Below, piece by piece: positions 1 through 11,185 of a stretch of 64,000 nucleotides of DNA. Within the stretch, counting starts at the first letter, position 1. Each line of letters starts with the position of its first letter. The position numbers and the translations under genes are program-made. Source of the stretch: Epithemia pelagica (taxonomy: Eukaryota > Protista > Bacillariophyta); contig OX337235.1 in the NCBI GenBank assembly GCA_946965045.2, positions 1,488,001 through 1,552,000 of the forward strand. The letters are read 5' to 3'. Under the pieces are notes generated by a model. It had not been told where the DNA came from. It did no database searches and saw only the letters and a list, made by a program, of their open reading frames with translations.

Positions 1-305
1 GAAACGAGCGCACGAGCCAACATGGCGGACGCCTTGTTTTTGGGCTGATCCATATCAATGGCGGCCCTTCCAAAGAATTCTTCCTTCTCCTCGGGCGAAG
101 AGATGCACATAATGTCTGCCTTTTTCAGCAAGCGATTTGCCAGTGTCACATCTTCGTATTCGGCTGGATCTGTTGTATCAATACTCCCGCAAAAGGTCTT
201 TTCCAGAATGGCCGAGCCCGGAAAACTCTTGTACTTCTCTTTATCACTAATCGAGATTTTCCGGGGGGTCTCTTCTTGCAATTCAGCCGATGGTTGATTT
301 CCCAT
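1..305 (-). CDS. 5' part of an unknown protein running off the window edge (MGNQPSAELQEETPRKISISDKEKYK...)
   Basis: Manual translation: ATG at 305 on the minus strand, open to position 1. It is absent from the ORF track because the stop lies outside the window. The MG start is compatible with N-myristoylation. Confidence 0.45.
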   Translation of the reverse strand, partial: MGNQPSAELQEETPRKISISDKEKYKSFPGSAILEKTFCGSIDTTDPAEYEDVTLANRLLKKADIMCISSPEEKEEFFGRAAIDMDQPKNKASAMLARALV

Positions 306-1973
306 GATGATGATGATGTGGTAATTTCCAAACTATCAAAATAATTCTAAAACCAACGCAGTGAGTCAACACAATGGAGATAATGGGGGATCGAGGCAAG
401 TTGCTGTGTTGATTGTTCGAGGTTGCGATACAGGTGCTGGTACCCCGATGCTGCCGCTGCTACTGCTTCTTTGCAGCAGAGACAAAGGAAACAAAATTGC
501 CTCAAAGTTGCTGTCAAAGGTAGAGAGATGGGTCTTTCTCTCCACGACAACAACAACGACAACAATCACCCTCCTCCTGTTGTTCCAAAGGAAGACGCAC
601 TGTTTGTTGTACAAGTCTTAAATCTTCTTGAGCACGTCCAATGATGGTGTAGGTGAATCTTGAGATTGATGATCCAAAGGTGCACACACTCGGAGGACAA
701 CGACAAGAGTCAAACAGAAAAAAAAGAGATGAGAGAGCGCTCGACCTTTTTCGCGCCTTGACGTTCGTCGCCGTTCCGGCTATGGGCCGAGCGCGAGTAG
801 GTTTTCGGCTCGGTAGTCTTTCACCAGCAAAGTAAAATGATCGCGCCGGGTGAGACGGGTGTTTTGCGAGCCGTCAGTCGTGAAGTCCACTTAGAGCGCC
901 AAATTTAGTGAGCGTTGAAGATCCGACGAATCTCGCCACGCGCGGATAAGGAAAGTTTATGTAGATGCGCGTGCTCGACGACGAGCGACGAACGGACAGC
1001 GCCAGGCGCAACGTCCCAACTGGAGCACAGCAGTACTATGTCCAGATTCTCTGTAGCCTGGAGAGTAGAATTTGAGGCGGTCGCTTGTCTACCGGAATTG
1101 CAGTCCCGGACAACCGCAATCACGAATATAGTAACCAATTGTAGCGCTATGTAGTCTACCATCACAACTTGACAGCTCCTCTATCTCGGTTCTACTTCTC
1201 TAGAGAGGCGTGCATTGTTTGGATGTATGCTTTTCAATTACCAAACCGAATATCAACTATGGCTCTGTGGAATTGACGATTTCAAATATGTTTGACGGGG
1301 GACCGGCGAAGGGTGGAAGCAAGATAAGACCTGGTTCTCAACCCTTTCGCACCCAAATAGACTTGTGTAGGGAGGCAAGAAGTCTTTGGGGCAGCGGTGA
1401 TCCGTAAACATTCCTGAAATATGGCATCAAGGAGATGTGGACTTTTTTATAGGAGTAGCTATTGGATTAAAAGTTCTAGGATGTGTTTTCGTCGCATGCC
1501 GTCGTGTGAACAACAAAGTCTTCCATCAATGGATGCCCAGACACCCTCGTCCCGCCACAAATGTGAGATTTTAACGACGCTTCTGTCCAATGGTGTCTGT
1601 CCACATTTGGCTAAACCAACATCCTTTAGTATGCACCTCCCATCCATGGACATGCCGGGTAGCAAGCAAATTCGTGCCTACCGATACTCCAAGTACGTAT
1701 CCATCGTGATGGCGCACCCGTGACTGGTGATTCCCTCCCAAAAAATGAGGCTCAACGGTCCAATTCGTGCAAGGTGTCACAGCATCTTTTAGGGTCGCAC
1801 CCTTGCGAAACGACTGTTTGTTCTTGACAAAACGGTCCCGAGGTGCTCCGTTCGTGCCGAAGGACTCCATGTACAAGAGCAAGAGATTTCGACGACAAGG
1901 CAAAAAACAAACGAGGTGACAACCTGTGGTTCATGCCATAATCATACCATCTTGTTCCAAGCAACGAGCCACG

Positions 1974-3389
1974 ATGGATCCAGAAGGAAGCAAAAACAGC
2001 ACCACAAGCATGGAACACGAGTCCGTCGACGACAAGAAGATGATTTCTGGAAACGCCATTTGGACCTACCGGAAACCCATTTTTACGGCCATTGTAATTC
2101 CCAAAAAGGACGCCGGTACCACAACGGATGAAAAGGCGGTTCCCCTGCTTGCTGCCACCGACAAGGAGTTGGCAGTGAACGACAAGCTCACCGAAGACGA
2201 CGCTTCCACCCGTGAAGAACGAGATCAATGGCTGTTTTCTTCCTTGTACAAGTACAGTCTCGTGTTTGGTTTGGTCATCGGCTGCTTTATTCAATCCAGC
2301 TCTTTGGGAGCAAATTACATTTTGATGATCTTGTTTCGCCGTGATTCTCGTGAAATGGCACAGCACCAAAGTGCTATTGTTACCTTTAGTTTGGGATGGT
2401 CTTTCTTGACAAGCTTGATGGGCATTCTCATGCTCCTCATTCTCCGTTCTCTGGTGGCTTCGGCCGCTCGAGGTTTGAACCAAAACAATGTCCTGGCCGG
2501 TCGTCCTACTGTCTTTTCCAACACTCAACAGTCGCTTGTCGCCTTTTTGGAGTTTCCCTTTGCCTTTGGTGCCTTGGCAGGAGTCTGCCTTTCTTGGGCT
2601 GCCATTGACATCACCTTGGGTCTTCGAAGCCATGCCTACAACTCTCTGTACACGTTGGCATTTGCCTACGTCGGCAAGGTTGTCTTTGAAGCATTCTCAC
2701 CCAAGACGCCTTTGGAGAAAGATGACGAAGAGGACGAACTTAACACAGAAGAGCTTATCAAAGCTTCTAGAAAAGAATCTGAAGATATGGGTGTCGAGAT
2801 CAACAACGAATTCAAGGTCAAGGGCTTGTTAACAGGTCTCTTGGTTGGTTTCTTTATCCAATTCAGTTCTCTTGGTGCAAGCTTCCTTATTGATGCGTTG
2901 GCTCGTGGTACAGATGCAGCACCAATGATGCTGACAAAACAACGGCTGTTGTTTTTCTCTTTGGGGTGGTCTTTTGTTTTTGGAACCATGGGTGTGGCAA
3001 TCCTTCTTCTTCTTCGTTTCTTGGTCGGGATTGTATGTGATCGCATTTTGTGCGAGACTCATGAGTCCGAAGACGAACTGGAAGACGAGGAAGAAGAAAC
3101 GGTGGACCGTTGGTCCATGAGTCTCGAATTCTTCTTTGCTGTCGGATGTCTGGTCGGAGTCAATGTGGCATGGTTGATCACGGACCTAGGATTGGGATTG
3201 AACGCCCTCGTCTGGAGGTCACTTGGTACTCTGGCCGTCGCCGCAGTCTGGTGCTGTATCTTGGCCCATAGCTTTGGATTCGAAACGGTGATTTACAACG
3301 CCCCCTTTACCAGCCGCCGTGGCCGTCGTCGTGGAAAGAAGGTGACCAAAGCCACCCAAACCACGCAAGAAGGCTTCTTGATTGTGTAG
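1974..3389 (+). CDS. Multi-pass membrane protein with two copies of a ~4-TM repeat unit (unassigned family; paralogues at 23162 and 33134)
   Basis: First ATG at 1974. Two internally similar hydrophobic units: GLVIGCFIQ..FSLGWS..LEFPFAFGALAGV..W..D..LG and GLLVGFFIQ..FSLGWS..LEFFFAVGCLVGV..W..D..LG. Confidence 0.8.
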   Translation: MDPEGSKNSTTSMEHESVDDKKMISGNAIWTYRKPIFTAIVIPKKDAGTTTDEKAVPLLAATDKELAVNDKLTEDDASTREERDQWLFSSLYKYSLVFGLVIGCFIQSSSLGANYILMILFRRDSREMAQHQSAIVTFSLGWSFLTSLMGILMLLILRSLVASAARGLNQNNVLAGRPTVFSNTQQSLVAFLEFPFAFGALAGVCLSWAAIDITLGLRSHAYNSLYTLAFAYVGKVVFEAFSPKTPLEKDDEEDELNTEELIKASRKESEDMGVEINNEFKVKGLLTGLLVGFFIQFSSLGASFLIDALARGTDAAPMMLTKQRLLFFSLGWSFVFGTMGVAILLLLRFLVGIVCDRILCETHESEDELEDEEEETVDRWSMSLEFFFAVGCLVGVNVAWLITDLGLGLNALVWRSLGTLAVAAVWCCILAHSFGFETVIYNAPFTSRRGRRRGKKVTKATQTTQEGFLIV

Positions 3390-3904
3390 ATCCGAAACAA
3401 ACGTGTTTGTCATTTTGCCTAAGCATGGTCTCGCCACAAAAAACAATACACAAGACAAGGAATTATCTTGATTCAGAAGCCCGTATACAACCACTGACAA
3501 TGGGCCTGTCTGTCTCCACCTTGTCCACGTGTGTTTGTATACACAACAAATTCCAGAACACCAACAATACTCGAGGGGCTTGTCACCGCTGCTCCATCCA
3601 TGGGAGCAGGATTCGATAAAATAGAAAACCACTGATTCATGTAAATTGGCAACTTGGTCGCTTGTCTTGTGTACAAGATTGTAGATCCATCCAGTAAAGA
3701 TACTCGGCGGTTGTCGCCTTTCGTTTTGTTGTTGGAACAATTCAGTTGTCCCATGCCCCGGATCGTTCCTCCATGCTGAGTTTAACCATTTGATGACGAG
3801 AATGTGCGCTTGGTTCAATGATTGCTTTCAGTACGTCGTTTCAACACACCCAATAGCTAGCTCCATGTAACCAGACAGGTACCGATCCTTGGTGATGTTT
3901 GTCT

Positions 3905-5059
3905 CTACGAGGACGGGAGATTGATTGGAACCATGCTGGAAAAGCCGCCATCCACATAGACAATTTGACCCGTCATGGCCGGATTGAGTGTCAGGTGGAC
4001 GACGGTGTGTGCCACTTCGTCGGCCGTGACGGAGCGTCCCAAGGGACTATGGTCGGCCACGACTTGTTGGAGGTGCGCAAACTGGGCAATTCCACCCCGC
4101 GCCGACAGGGTAGCAATGGGACCCGCGGACACGGCATTGACACGCAAACGATACGATGGACGAGGAGAAAAAGGACTGGTGGTTGTTGTATCCATGGGGT
4201 CCTGGTGGTGGTGCTGGTTGGCCCCAAACTCCAAGGCCATGCCTCGTACCAAGGCTTCCAAGGCCGCCTTGGCCGGTCCCATGACATGATAGGGATACAC
4301 GGCTCGAACGGCGCCGAGATAGGAGAGGGCCGTCAGGGAGGCCTCGAGGGCCAGAGGCAATTGGTGTTGTGCCGCCGCCTCGAGGGCACATTGAGCCGTC
4401 TTCAAAAAGGAATAGGCCGAGACATGCTGGGCCTCCTGAAAGACATTCCAGGAAACGTGTCGCAAAGACTGAGTCAAGTCTCCATGCGCAATGCAATGCA
4501 CAATGGCTTGAATCTCTACAGTATCTTGCGTGGGAGTGGTCGCTTCGGATGTGACAGGCTCGTTTGGGAGACGGTCCAACACACTGGGTATCTGTTGCGA
4601 GAAGAGGAGCGGCAAGTCGGTTTGCACGTTGCAATTCACATGTCCTAGTATTTGACCATGATTCTCCTTGTTGTTGTTATTGTCGTCGCTGTTGTTGTTG
4701 TGCGTTTGGATGAGAGATTGCACCTTGTCGTGAAATCGATCTTGATGCGTGACAATGACATGATAGTTTTGACGCAACAAGGCCTTGACACACGACCATG
4801 CAATGGATCGTTGATTGGCCACGCCGAGGACAATTGCCACCTTGCGTTTGTGGTTGTGGGCTGTGGTGTCATTCGTGGTTGTGTGCGAGTGTACTGTGGT
4901 TGTGTCGTTGGCAAACGTTCGTAGCCACAGTGCTTTTGTGGGGAGACTGGTTGTGGTCCCTGATCGCAATATACGACACGGATGCGCGTTCGATTGTTGT
5001 GCCAAGGTGCGAAGCACCAAACGAGATGGAACGACTGCCATTGATGCACCTTTCATCAT
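3905..5059 (-). CDS. fabI: Enoyl-ACP reductase, FabI-like SDR, with a possible mitochondrial presequence
   Basis: Motifs KVAIVLGVANQRSIAW, YHVMGPAKAALE (compare E. coli FabI YNVMGLAKASLE), RVNAVSAGPIATLSA and TGQIVYVDGG. The start codon is uncertain (5092 or 5059). Confidence 0.85.
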   Translation of the reverse strand: MMKGASMAVVPSRLVLRTLAQQSNAHPCRILRSGTTTSLPTKALWLRTFANDTTTVHSHTTTNDTTAHNHKRKVAIVLGVANQRSIAWSCVKALLRQNYHVIVTHQDRFHDKVQSLIQTHNNNSDDNNNNKENHGQILGHVNCNVQTDLPLLFSQQIPSVLDRLPNEPVTSEATTPTQDTVEIQAIVHCIAHGDLTQSLRHVSWNVFQEAQHVSAYSFLKTAQCALEAAAQHQLPLALEASLTALSYLGAVRAVYPYHVMGPAKAALEALVRGMALEFGANQHHHQDPMDTTTTSPFSPRPSYRLRVNAVSAGPIATLSARGGIAQFAHLQQVVADHSPLGRSVTADEVAHTVVHLTLNPAMTGQIVYVDGGFSSMVPINLPSS

Positions 5060-6114
5060 GGTTTCTTTGGTTGGATGAAAAATGAACCACATCGTGAGAG
5101 CCCCGGGGCAGTCTACAGTCCGATCCACGGACAGACAGAGGATGGACACGTGCGACCCTCCAAGACCAAAGCGCGCCGGGACTCCAAGGTCGTTGCGGCT
5201 TTGGTTGGTCCTGTTTGGGGTGTCGAATGTTTGTCACATGGGACCATTCTGCCAGAAAGCAATGCAGGACCTGGACGAAATGCACTCTCCATCGTCTTGA
5301 GAAGAATTTCTTCTATTGAGATTTGATGAAACAAGAGCCCAGTAATCTAGAAATTGCCAATGCCGTTGTGTCTTGTCTGGTCCCGGACTGGAACAATGCC
5401 GCGAACTGTAGGCATCTTGTTCTGCAAGTAACCGGGCACGACTGAATCTTTCAGTCGTGAAGCCAACGTGACCGTCAGAGGCTTATGCATAAGTTGCTTG
5501 CTGGCGTGCATGAATTGTACCTGCGACACATGGCTCGCGCGTACGAATTACGTTTGGGTATTAATCGATTTTCCTGGATTCCCCCAAAAGGGTACACTAC
5601 ATATAAATTAGTGCACGTGCCTGTACAAGCCTGGGTTAGTTATGGCTCTTCCGTTCTCTTGTTTTTGGTCTGGTTTTTCAGTTGGGGGTGTGGGTTTGCT
5701 CCATCATTCCTTGCTATTGTGTGGTTGGTCGGCCGCGGTGCCGCATCCGACGGGGCCAGCAAGTGCGAGTTGCCTCCTTTGTTGGTATTCTCACTTGACT
5801 GCAGTGTGTGTTTAACCAAGAATGTATACTCAAGTTGCAACAACCACCAACACAACAATTTTGTGATCAAGTCTCGGATCACACACACAAGAGGAAGGCT
5901 TCAAAGAGGTGCCCTCTCGTTCTTCATCGGTTCCTATCAACACCAACAAGCAACTTGGTTGTTGTTGTTGCAATCAGCACTCTCTGGTTTCACAATTTCT
6001 CAGGTTGTTGTTGGTATTGGTGACCACAGGATCGTTGTGAACGACTGTGGGTGAACGTTCTCTGTATCTTCTACTTTTGATTCGTCTGGATTGACAATCA
6101 TCATCATAAGTATC

Positions 6115-9100
6115 ATGTTGCCCTTTTTTCGTCCAGATCCAGCCTGGCAACGTCGCAAACGGCGATCGGCGGCTACCGAACAAGAAGGAGAAGCATCTGC
6201 CGCTGAGACAAGAGACTCCTCGGCTGCAGTGGTAGAAGAGGGTGGCCATGCTCCTCTGAACATGACGGCTCGGAGTGGTCGCACCCACGGTGCCGCGGTG
6301 GTCAAGATGCGCACCTTTGGCAGTACGACCGAGGACAGTGACAGTTATCCTCCCAGTGCCACTCCTTCTTCTCCAGTCGGAGAGGAAGGAGGAGAAAGGA
6401 GGGCAGGATCCCCCGATGCATCTTCGGCATTGCTGTACTTTGATCCCTTGACGATGACGAATAATGCCCGGGAAATGGTGGAGGGCGATGAAGGACCCTT
6501 GCGGAACGATGCCATAGAACCACAAGCCACCAATCACACCAACAGCAACAACACGTATTCACCCTCCGACATTACAGCGGCACAATTGGAATGGTTGAGT
6601 CATCCATCGGGGAGTGCCGATCCGACCAGCAGTGCCACAAGTTCGTCTCTTCCCGTGCCGCAACAGCAGCAACAACCACCACCCCAACGACCCACGACAC
6701 CCTTGGTTCGCAACACCAGTGGCAACAGTCCTCCACCACCGCCGCCATTGGAGACGACGGTTCCCCTTTCGCCGTCTCAAGTCGGACCGTCCTTTCCCAT
6801 GGTCATTCCTCCTCATCAAGTCGAAGATGAAACCATTGTCAACAGTGCCTTGGCCGAAGCCTGGTTTGCCCGACGACGAGACATGCGGTTGCAACAAATG
6901 ATGGCGTACAATCCAGCGACTGGATCCTACACACCTCCCAGCACGACCAACAACAACAGCAACCACAACGTCCTGCCGCCCTCCTCGTCCTCCCTCATGA
7001 TGATGGATCCACGAACCGGAGGATTTCAACAACAGCAACAACAACAACAACAAGGAGGTGCCCAACCACCATCGCCTCAGCATCATCATCATCATCAAGC
7101 CGTACTGGTAGGTCCAGTGGATGTCGATAGTGGCATCTTGGTGGAAGCGCAACCAGCTCCCACGGCCCAAGCCGTCATGTTACGGAATCCCTTTGATCCT
7201 GCACAAAATCCTCCATCTCCCATGCATCATCAGTTTGTCTCCTCCATGCATCATCATCATCAGGGCCCATTTGTGGACAATTCCGATTCGGCCACGGTGG
7301 TCTCCAAACCCAATTCCTTGGCGTCCGCCACAACCTCGGATATGACACCCATTGCGTCCAATGTCCAATTCCCGACCCACCCCAAGTATGCCGCCAGTAT
7401 GAATAGCAGTTATGCCGCCAGCAGCAGCAGTGTCGCCTACAGTTATCCGGTCCATCCACGACCATCCGTGGCACCCGAAAATGCGCAGGCATCCTCGTCC
7501 ACTACCACCAAGGGCTTTTGGGCCGTCTGTTGCGGCAATCCTTCGTCGTCATCGTCCAACGATCGCAACAGTTGCAAAGGATTCTTGGATGTCCGTACCT
7601 ATCATGGCAAATTGGCCATTTTGCTGGTAACTGTCTTGGTCCTGGCCATTGCTACCATGGTGGTGTCTGCCACCATGACCTTTCAAGGCAACAAGTCAGG
7701 CTCGAGCCAAGCCTCGTCCGTACAAGGACAAGGAGGCGATGGTACAGTCCCCACCGCTGCACCATCCATTCTGGTGATTCCCAGCACAATGGCACCCTCA
7801 CCCGAACCCACTGCGTCTCCTACAACCGCTGCACCGACACGAGGACCCACACTGGCTCCGACAGTGCCACCCATGGTCGGACCGACCGTGTCTCCCACGA
7901 CGGCGGCACCATCCCCGGCACCGACGACTGCCGCACCCGTGCCCACGCATAGCCCCACGGCACGACCCACCGATTCCTTGGATGAGTTTGACTTGCCTCG
8001 CGTGGCCACTATTCCGGGTCCCGATCGAGGATCGCATTTTGGCAGTTCCGTGGCCTTGTCCACCGATGGACGAGTCTTGGCCGTGGGAGCACCCGAATAC
8101 ATGGGACGACGAGGGGAAGTCCGCGTCTTTTTATCCGAAGAAGACAATGACGAATGGGAAATTCTGGCCATTTTGCAGGGAGATTTGTTGGTCGAAACCT
8201 TTGGAGTCGATGTGGCGCTCTCTCGAGATGGATCTATCTTGGCCGTGGGAGCACCGGGTATTAATGGCACGGTGTATACCTTTGCCTTTAATCCCAGCAA
8301 CGATTTAACGACCCGATATGTTCCCATTAGTCATATCCGAAATGACGAACCCTCGTCTGCCTTTGGTGAATCCGTCGCCCTGTCCGAAGATGGCTTTCGT
8401 CTTGTGGTGGGGGCTCCCTACAGCAGTACAGACGTGGGAATTCTCAATGGACAAGTACGAGTCTATGAACTCGATGGTGATAATTGGGAACCCATGGGAG
8501 ATTCCTTGGAAGGAGATACCACCTATGATTGGCTGGGAGCCGCGGTGGATATTTCTGGAGATGGAAGCATGGTCGTCGCTAGTGCTCCTCGCAATCGATC
8601 CAAAAAGGGTTATGTCCGCACCTGGACGTGGGATGGCGTGGGTATGTGGAATCAGACTGGACCGGACATTACCAACAATGTTCGACCGGCCTTTTCGACG
8701 GACCGCTTTGGGCATTCCATTGCCCTGAGTGTCAGTCCGGACACGAAACGACCGCGAGTAGCCATTGGCAGTCCGTGGAAAATTGTCTCGGCCATGCGCA
8801 ATGCCGGCGTGACGCTCGTGTACGAATTCAACGACACGCAATGGAATCCACTGGGTGAACCCGTGACCGAATCGCCCGCGGCCTTGAATATGGAAAATGG
8901 CAATGCCGTTGATTTGGAAGGTGGTATTTTGGTCGTGGGTATTCCGGGATACAATAGTACAGGCGCCGTCGCCCTGTATCGATATTTGGACGGTGAATGG
9001 GTCAAACGGTCGGAACTCATTGAAGGTGATGTAGAAGGAGATGACTTTGGTGTCTCCCTTGCGACTCGAAGAATTCCCGAAACCGATGGCTTTGCCTTGT

Positions 9101-9171
9101 TGGTAGGAGCACTGATGCATGGCAATAACGGGGATGGATCCGTCATGTCCTATGTCAAAGAAGACACATAA
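6115..9171 (+). CDS. Single-pass type II membrane protein with a Pro/Thr stalk and a C-terminal FG-GAP (integrin-alpha-like) beta-propeller
   Basis: One TM helix (LAILLVTVLVLAIATMVVSATMTF), PTxAPT repeats, and repeated FGSSVALSTDGRVLAVGAP / FGVDVALSRDGSILAVGAP / FGESVALSEDGFRLVVGAP units. Confidence 0.85.
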   Translation: MLPFFRPDPAWQRRKRRSAATEQEGEASAAETRDSSAAVVEEGGHAPLNMTARSGRTHGAAVVKMRTFGSTTEDSDSYPPSATPSSPVGEEGGERRAGSPDASSALLYFDPLTMTNNAREMVEGDEGPLRNDAIEPQATNHTNSNNTYSPSDITAAQLEWLSHPSGSADPTSSATSSSLPVPQQQQQPPPQRPTTPLVRNTSGNSPPPPPPLETTVPLSPSQVGPSFPMVIPPHQVEDETIVNSALAEAWFARRRDMRLQQMMAYNPATGSYTPPSTTNNNSNHNVLPPSSSSLMMMDPRTGGFQQQQQQQQQGGAQPPSPQHHHHHQAVLVGPVDVDSGILVEAQPAPTAQAVMLRNPFDPAQNPPSPMHHQFVSSMHHHHQGPFVDNSDSATVVSKPNSLASATTSDMTPIASNVQFPTHPKYAASMNSSYAASSSSVAYSYPVHPRPSVAPENAQASSSTTTKGFWAVCCGNPSSSSSNDRNSCKGFLDVRTYHGKLAILLVTVLVLAIATMVVSATMTFQGNKSGSSQASSVQGQGGDGTVPTAAPSILVIPSTMAPSPEPTASPTTAAPTRGPTLAPTVPPMVGPTVSPTTAAPSPAPTTAAPVPTHSPTARPTDSLDEFDLPRVATIPGPDRGSHFGSSVALSTDGRVLAVGAPEYMGRRGEVRVFLSEEDNDEWEILAILQGDLLVETFGVDVALSRDGSILAVGAPGINGTVYTFAFNPSNDLTTRYVPISHIRNDEPSSAFGESVALSEDGFRLVVGAPYSSTDVGILNGQVRVYELDGDNWEPMGDSLEGDTTYDWLGAAVDISGDGSMVVASAPRNRSKKGYVRTWTWDGVGMWNQTGPDITNNVRPAFSTDRFGHSIALSVSPDTKRPRVAIGSPWKIVSAMRNAGVTLVYEFNDTQWNPLGEPVTESPAALNMENGNAVDLEGGILVVGIPGYNSTGAVALYRYLDGEWVKRSELIEGDVEGDDFGVSLATRRIPETDGFALLVGALMHGNNGDGSVMSYVKEDT

Positions 9172-9382
9172 TCCATGAATGATATTCGGGCTGATTGATC
9201 CCTTCGACTCCTCCGTCTCTGCTACCATTGGATTTCTAAACGTTTGTGTATAGTAACTAGCGTTTAGTATAATAGATGTGCTTTTATACATTCGATTTTG
9301 GTTAATCCTTTATCCATGATATTCTGGCTGATTGATCCCTTCGACCCCTCCATCTCTGCTACCATTGGATTTCTAAACGTTT
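9171..9382 (+). repeat. Imperfect direct repeat of about 70 bp (9171-9245 and 9312-9382) just 3' of the FG-GAP gene
   Basis: Both copies read atccatga..tattc.ggctgattgatcccttcgac.cctcc.tctctgctaccattggatttctaaacgttt. Confidence 0.9.
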
Positions 9383-10332
9383 ATAGGAGAGAGGAGAGAG
9401 GAGAGAGCAGTAAACAACATCGTATTCTTCTTCTCTCTGTCTTGTGTCATGTATTCCGGTGACTCCTGAATTGGTTTGTGGGGTAGGTGAGGAGGGTTCC
9501 CCCATTACTGGTACACTTCATCCTATATAGACTGCGTATCCGGAACCAGGTGACATCATCAGTTCCCCCAACATCGAAGTTCCCCCTGGTGTAGATACTT
9601 CCGAATCAGGGTCGGCAATTTTGCTCTAATGTGCTCTCACAAAAACACAAACTTGTAAAACGAAAAAGCCAACAAACACAAACAAAAGAAAATTGAAAAG
9701 CATCCTTCCAGACTTGATCTCTGATACAATGAAGCTATTGAAACGTATGCTACGAAAAAACGACGATGGAACGAGCAAGTCGGGCAAGAAGACGAAAAAT
9801 ATTCGAAAAACGACCAGTACTACACCAAGTCGATCCGCCACAACGCGAGTGATTCATTATCCCGTCAAGAAAACCACCAAATCAACATCTACAGCTCGAA
9901 GTACAGGAGGAGGTGGATTCTTTGGTGGTGGGCTCTTTTCGGGTGGTAGTGGAGGATGTAGTCACACGTACAGCAGTGGTGGTGGTGGATGTGGGGGAGG
10001 CGGTGGTGGCGGTGGAGGAGCGGGAGGATGTGGCGGAGGTGGTGGTGGCGGCGGCGGTGGAGGAGGGGGAGGATGCGGTGGTGGAGGTGGTGGAGGATGT
10101 GACTAGTACCATCGTACGACGAGCAAAATGACTGAATGGGGATCAGCAGCAAAAAACCTCCGCCCCACGTTGGTTTGACATACATGACCATAACTTGTAG
10201 AAACCTTTCCACATGAGAGAATTCCTCTTTACTACCTCGCCCCACTTTCGCTCTATACCATAGCTCCGCCATGAGAATTTGAAGTTGCAACATGCGTACG
10301 TTTCATGACAAGGGCTTCTAGCATATTGGATC
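9197..10332 (+). repeat. Segment duplicated in inverted, rearranged form at 20058-21080
   Basis: 9450-10326 matches the reverse complement of about 20164-21080, and 9198-9303 matches the reverse complement of 20058-20163. Confidence 0.9.
9729..10106 (+). CDS. Small protein with a Lys/Ser/Thr-rich N-terminus and a Gly/Cys-rich tail (copy 1)
   Basis: ATG at 9729; MKLLKRMLRKNDDGTSKSGKK...GGGGCGGG...GCD. The frame is preserved in the second copy despite indels in the Gly tract. Confidence 0.65.
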   Translation: MKLLKRMLRKNDDGTSKSGKKTKNIRKTTSTTPSRSATTRVIHYPVKKTTKSTSTARSTGGGGFFGGGLFSGGSGGCSHTYSSGGGGCGGGGGGGGGAGGCGGGGGGGGGGGGGGCGGGGGGGCD

Positions 10333-11185
10333 GAGACGACATTGTATACTTCATGGTTTGAAACTAGATCCAACCAACCTTGTAGACCTCGTGTCATGAT
10401 GGAAGTATGGGTGATTGGTGAGAAGGTATCCTGGTACCAATCATGTCGTAACATCACTAGTACTTCTCGAAACTATCGAAAGGTCGCGATCTCCCCCATT
10501 GATTCAGAAATGTTGCATGGTGTGTCGTCGCAATCTCCCCCAGAGCTTGATTCCAAACAAGCGCTGTTGGGGATTCCTGTAGTGTCGCTTCCCCCCATGG
10601 ATCTGCTGGATGATGCATCGTCACACAACCGACTGTTTCATGCAGAGTGAAAGGACAAACTGCGTCCCCAACACCACTCAAAGACACCTAGTATTCGAGT
10701 AAGGACACACGAGACTGGTTGCTGTTGGACGAGAGAATGTACTCTATAACAGTAGTGAAACAAGTGTTGTTCTTCTTCTTCTTCTTCTTGTATAGTAGCA
10801 GCGTTTCGTTTCAAAGAGTGGTGCGCCCGTGTGTCGTTGGTCGGAACCCAACAAGGATTGTTGGATCCATCTGTTTTATGTTTTTGGAGGTGTAAGGATG
10901 GGCTCTTGGATGTGTATGTATGGACCTATTGGTCGAACAGGCGCGCACAAGGTCGTTGGTCCGTTCGTTGGAGGGTGATCCTGGTGGTTTGTACGAGTTC
11001 GTCCACACATGTGGTACCCCACCCGCACTCCATCCATCCACGTTACAGTCGTCTTTCTTTCTCTCTCTCTCTCTCTCTTGCTCCTATTCTCGACCAAGCG
11101 TCCGGAACAAGAGGAGGCCCTCGATCCTGGTGCACACACTCGTGACCACACGTCTTGTGTGGGTCTCGTCGTGTTTCGGAGTTAC

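Noticed and set aside
1200-1900. Fragmented minus-strand ORFs that could be a decayed retroelement
   Set aside because: No convincing RT, RNase H or transposase motif could be assembled across the stops.
3899-4648. 249-aa plus-strand ORF, and similar long antisense or alternative-frame ORFs over other genes (e.g. 1752-2633, 8305-9291, 11783-12631)
   Set aside because: They overlap well-supported genes, have no motifs, and are expected shadows in GC-balanced coding DNA.
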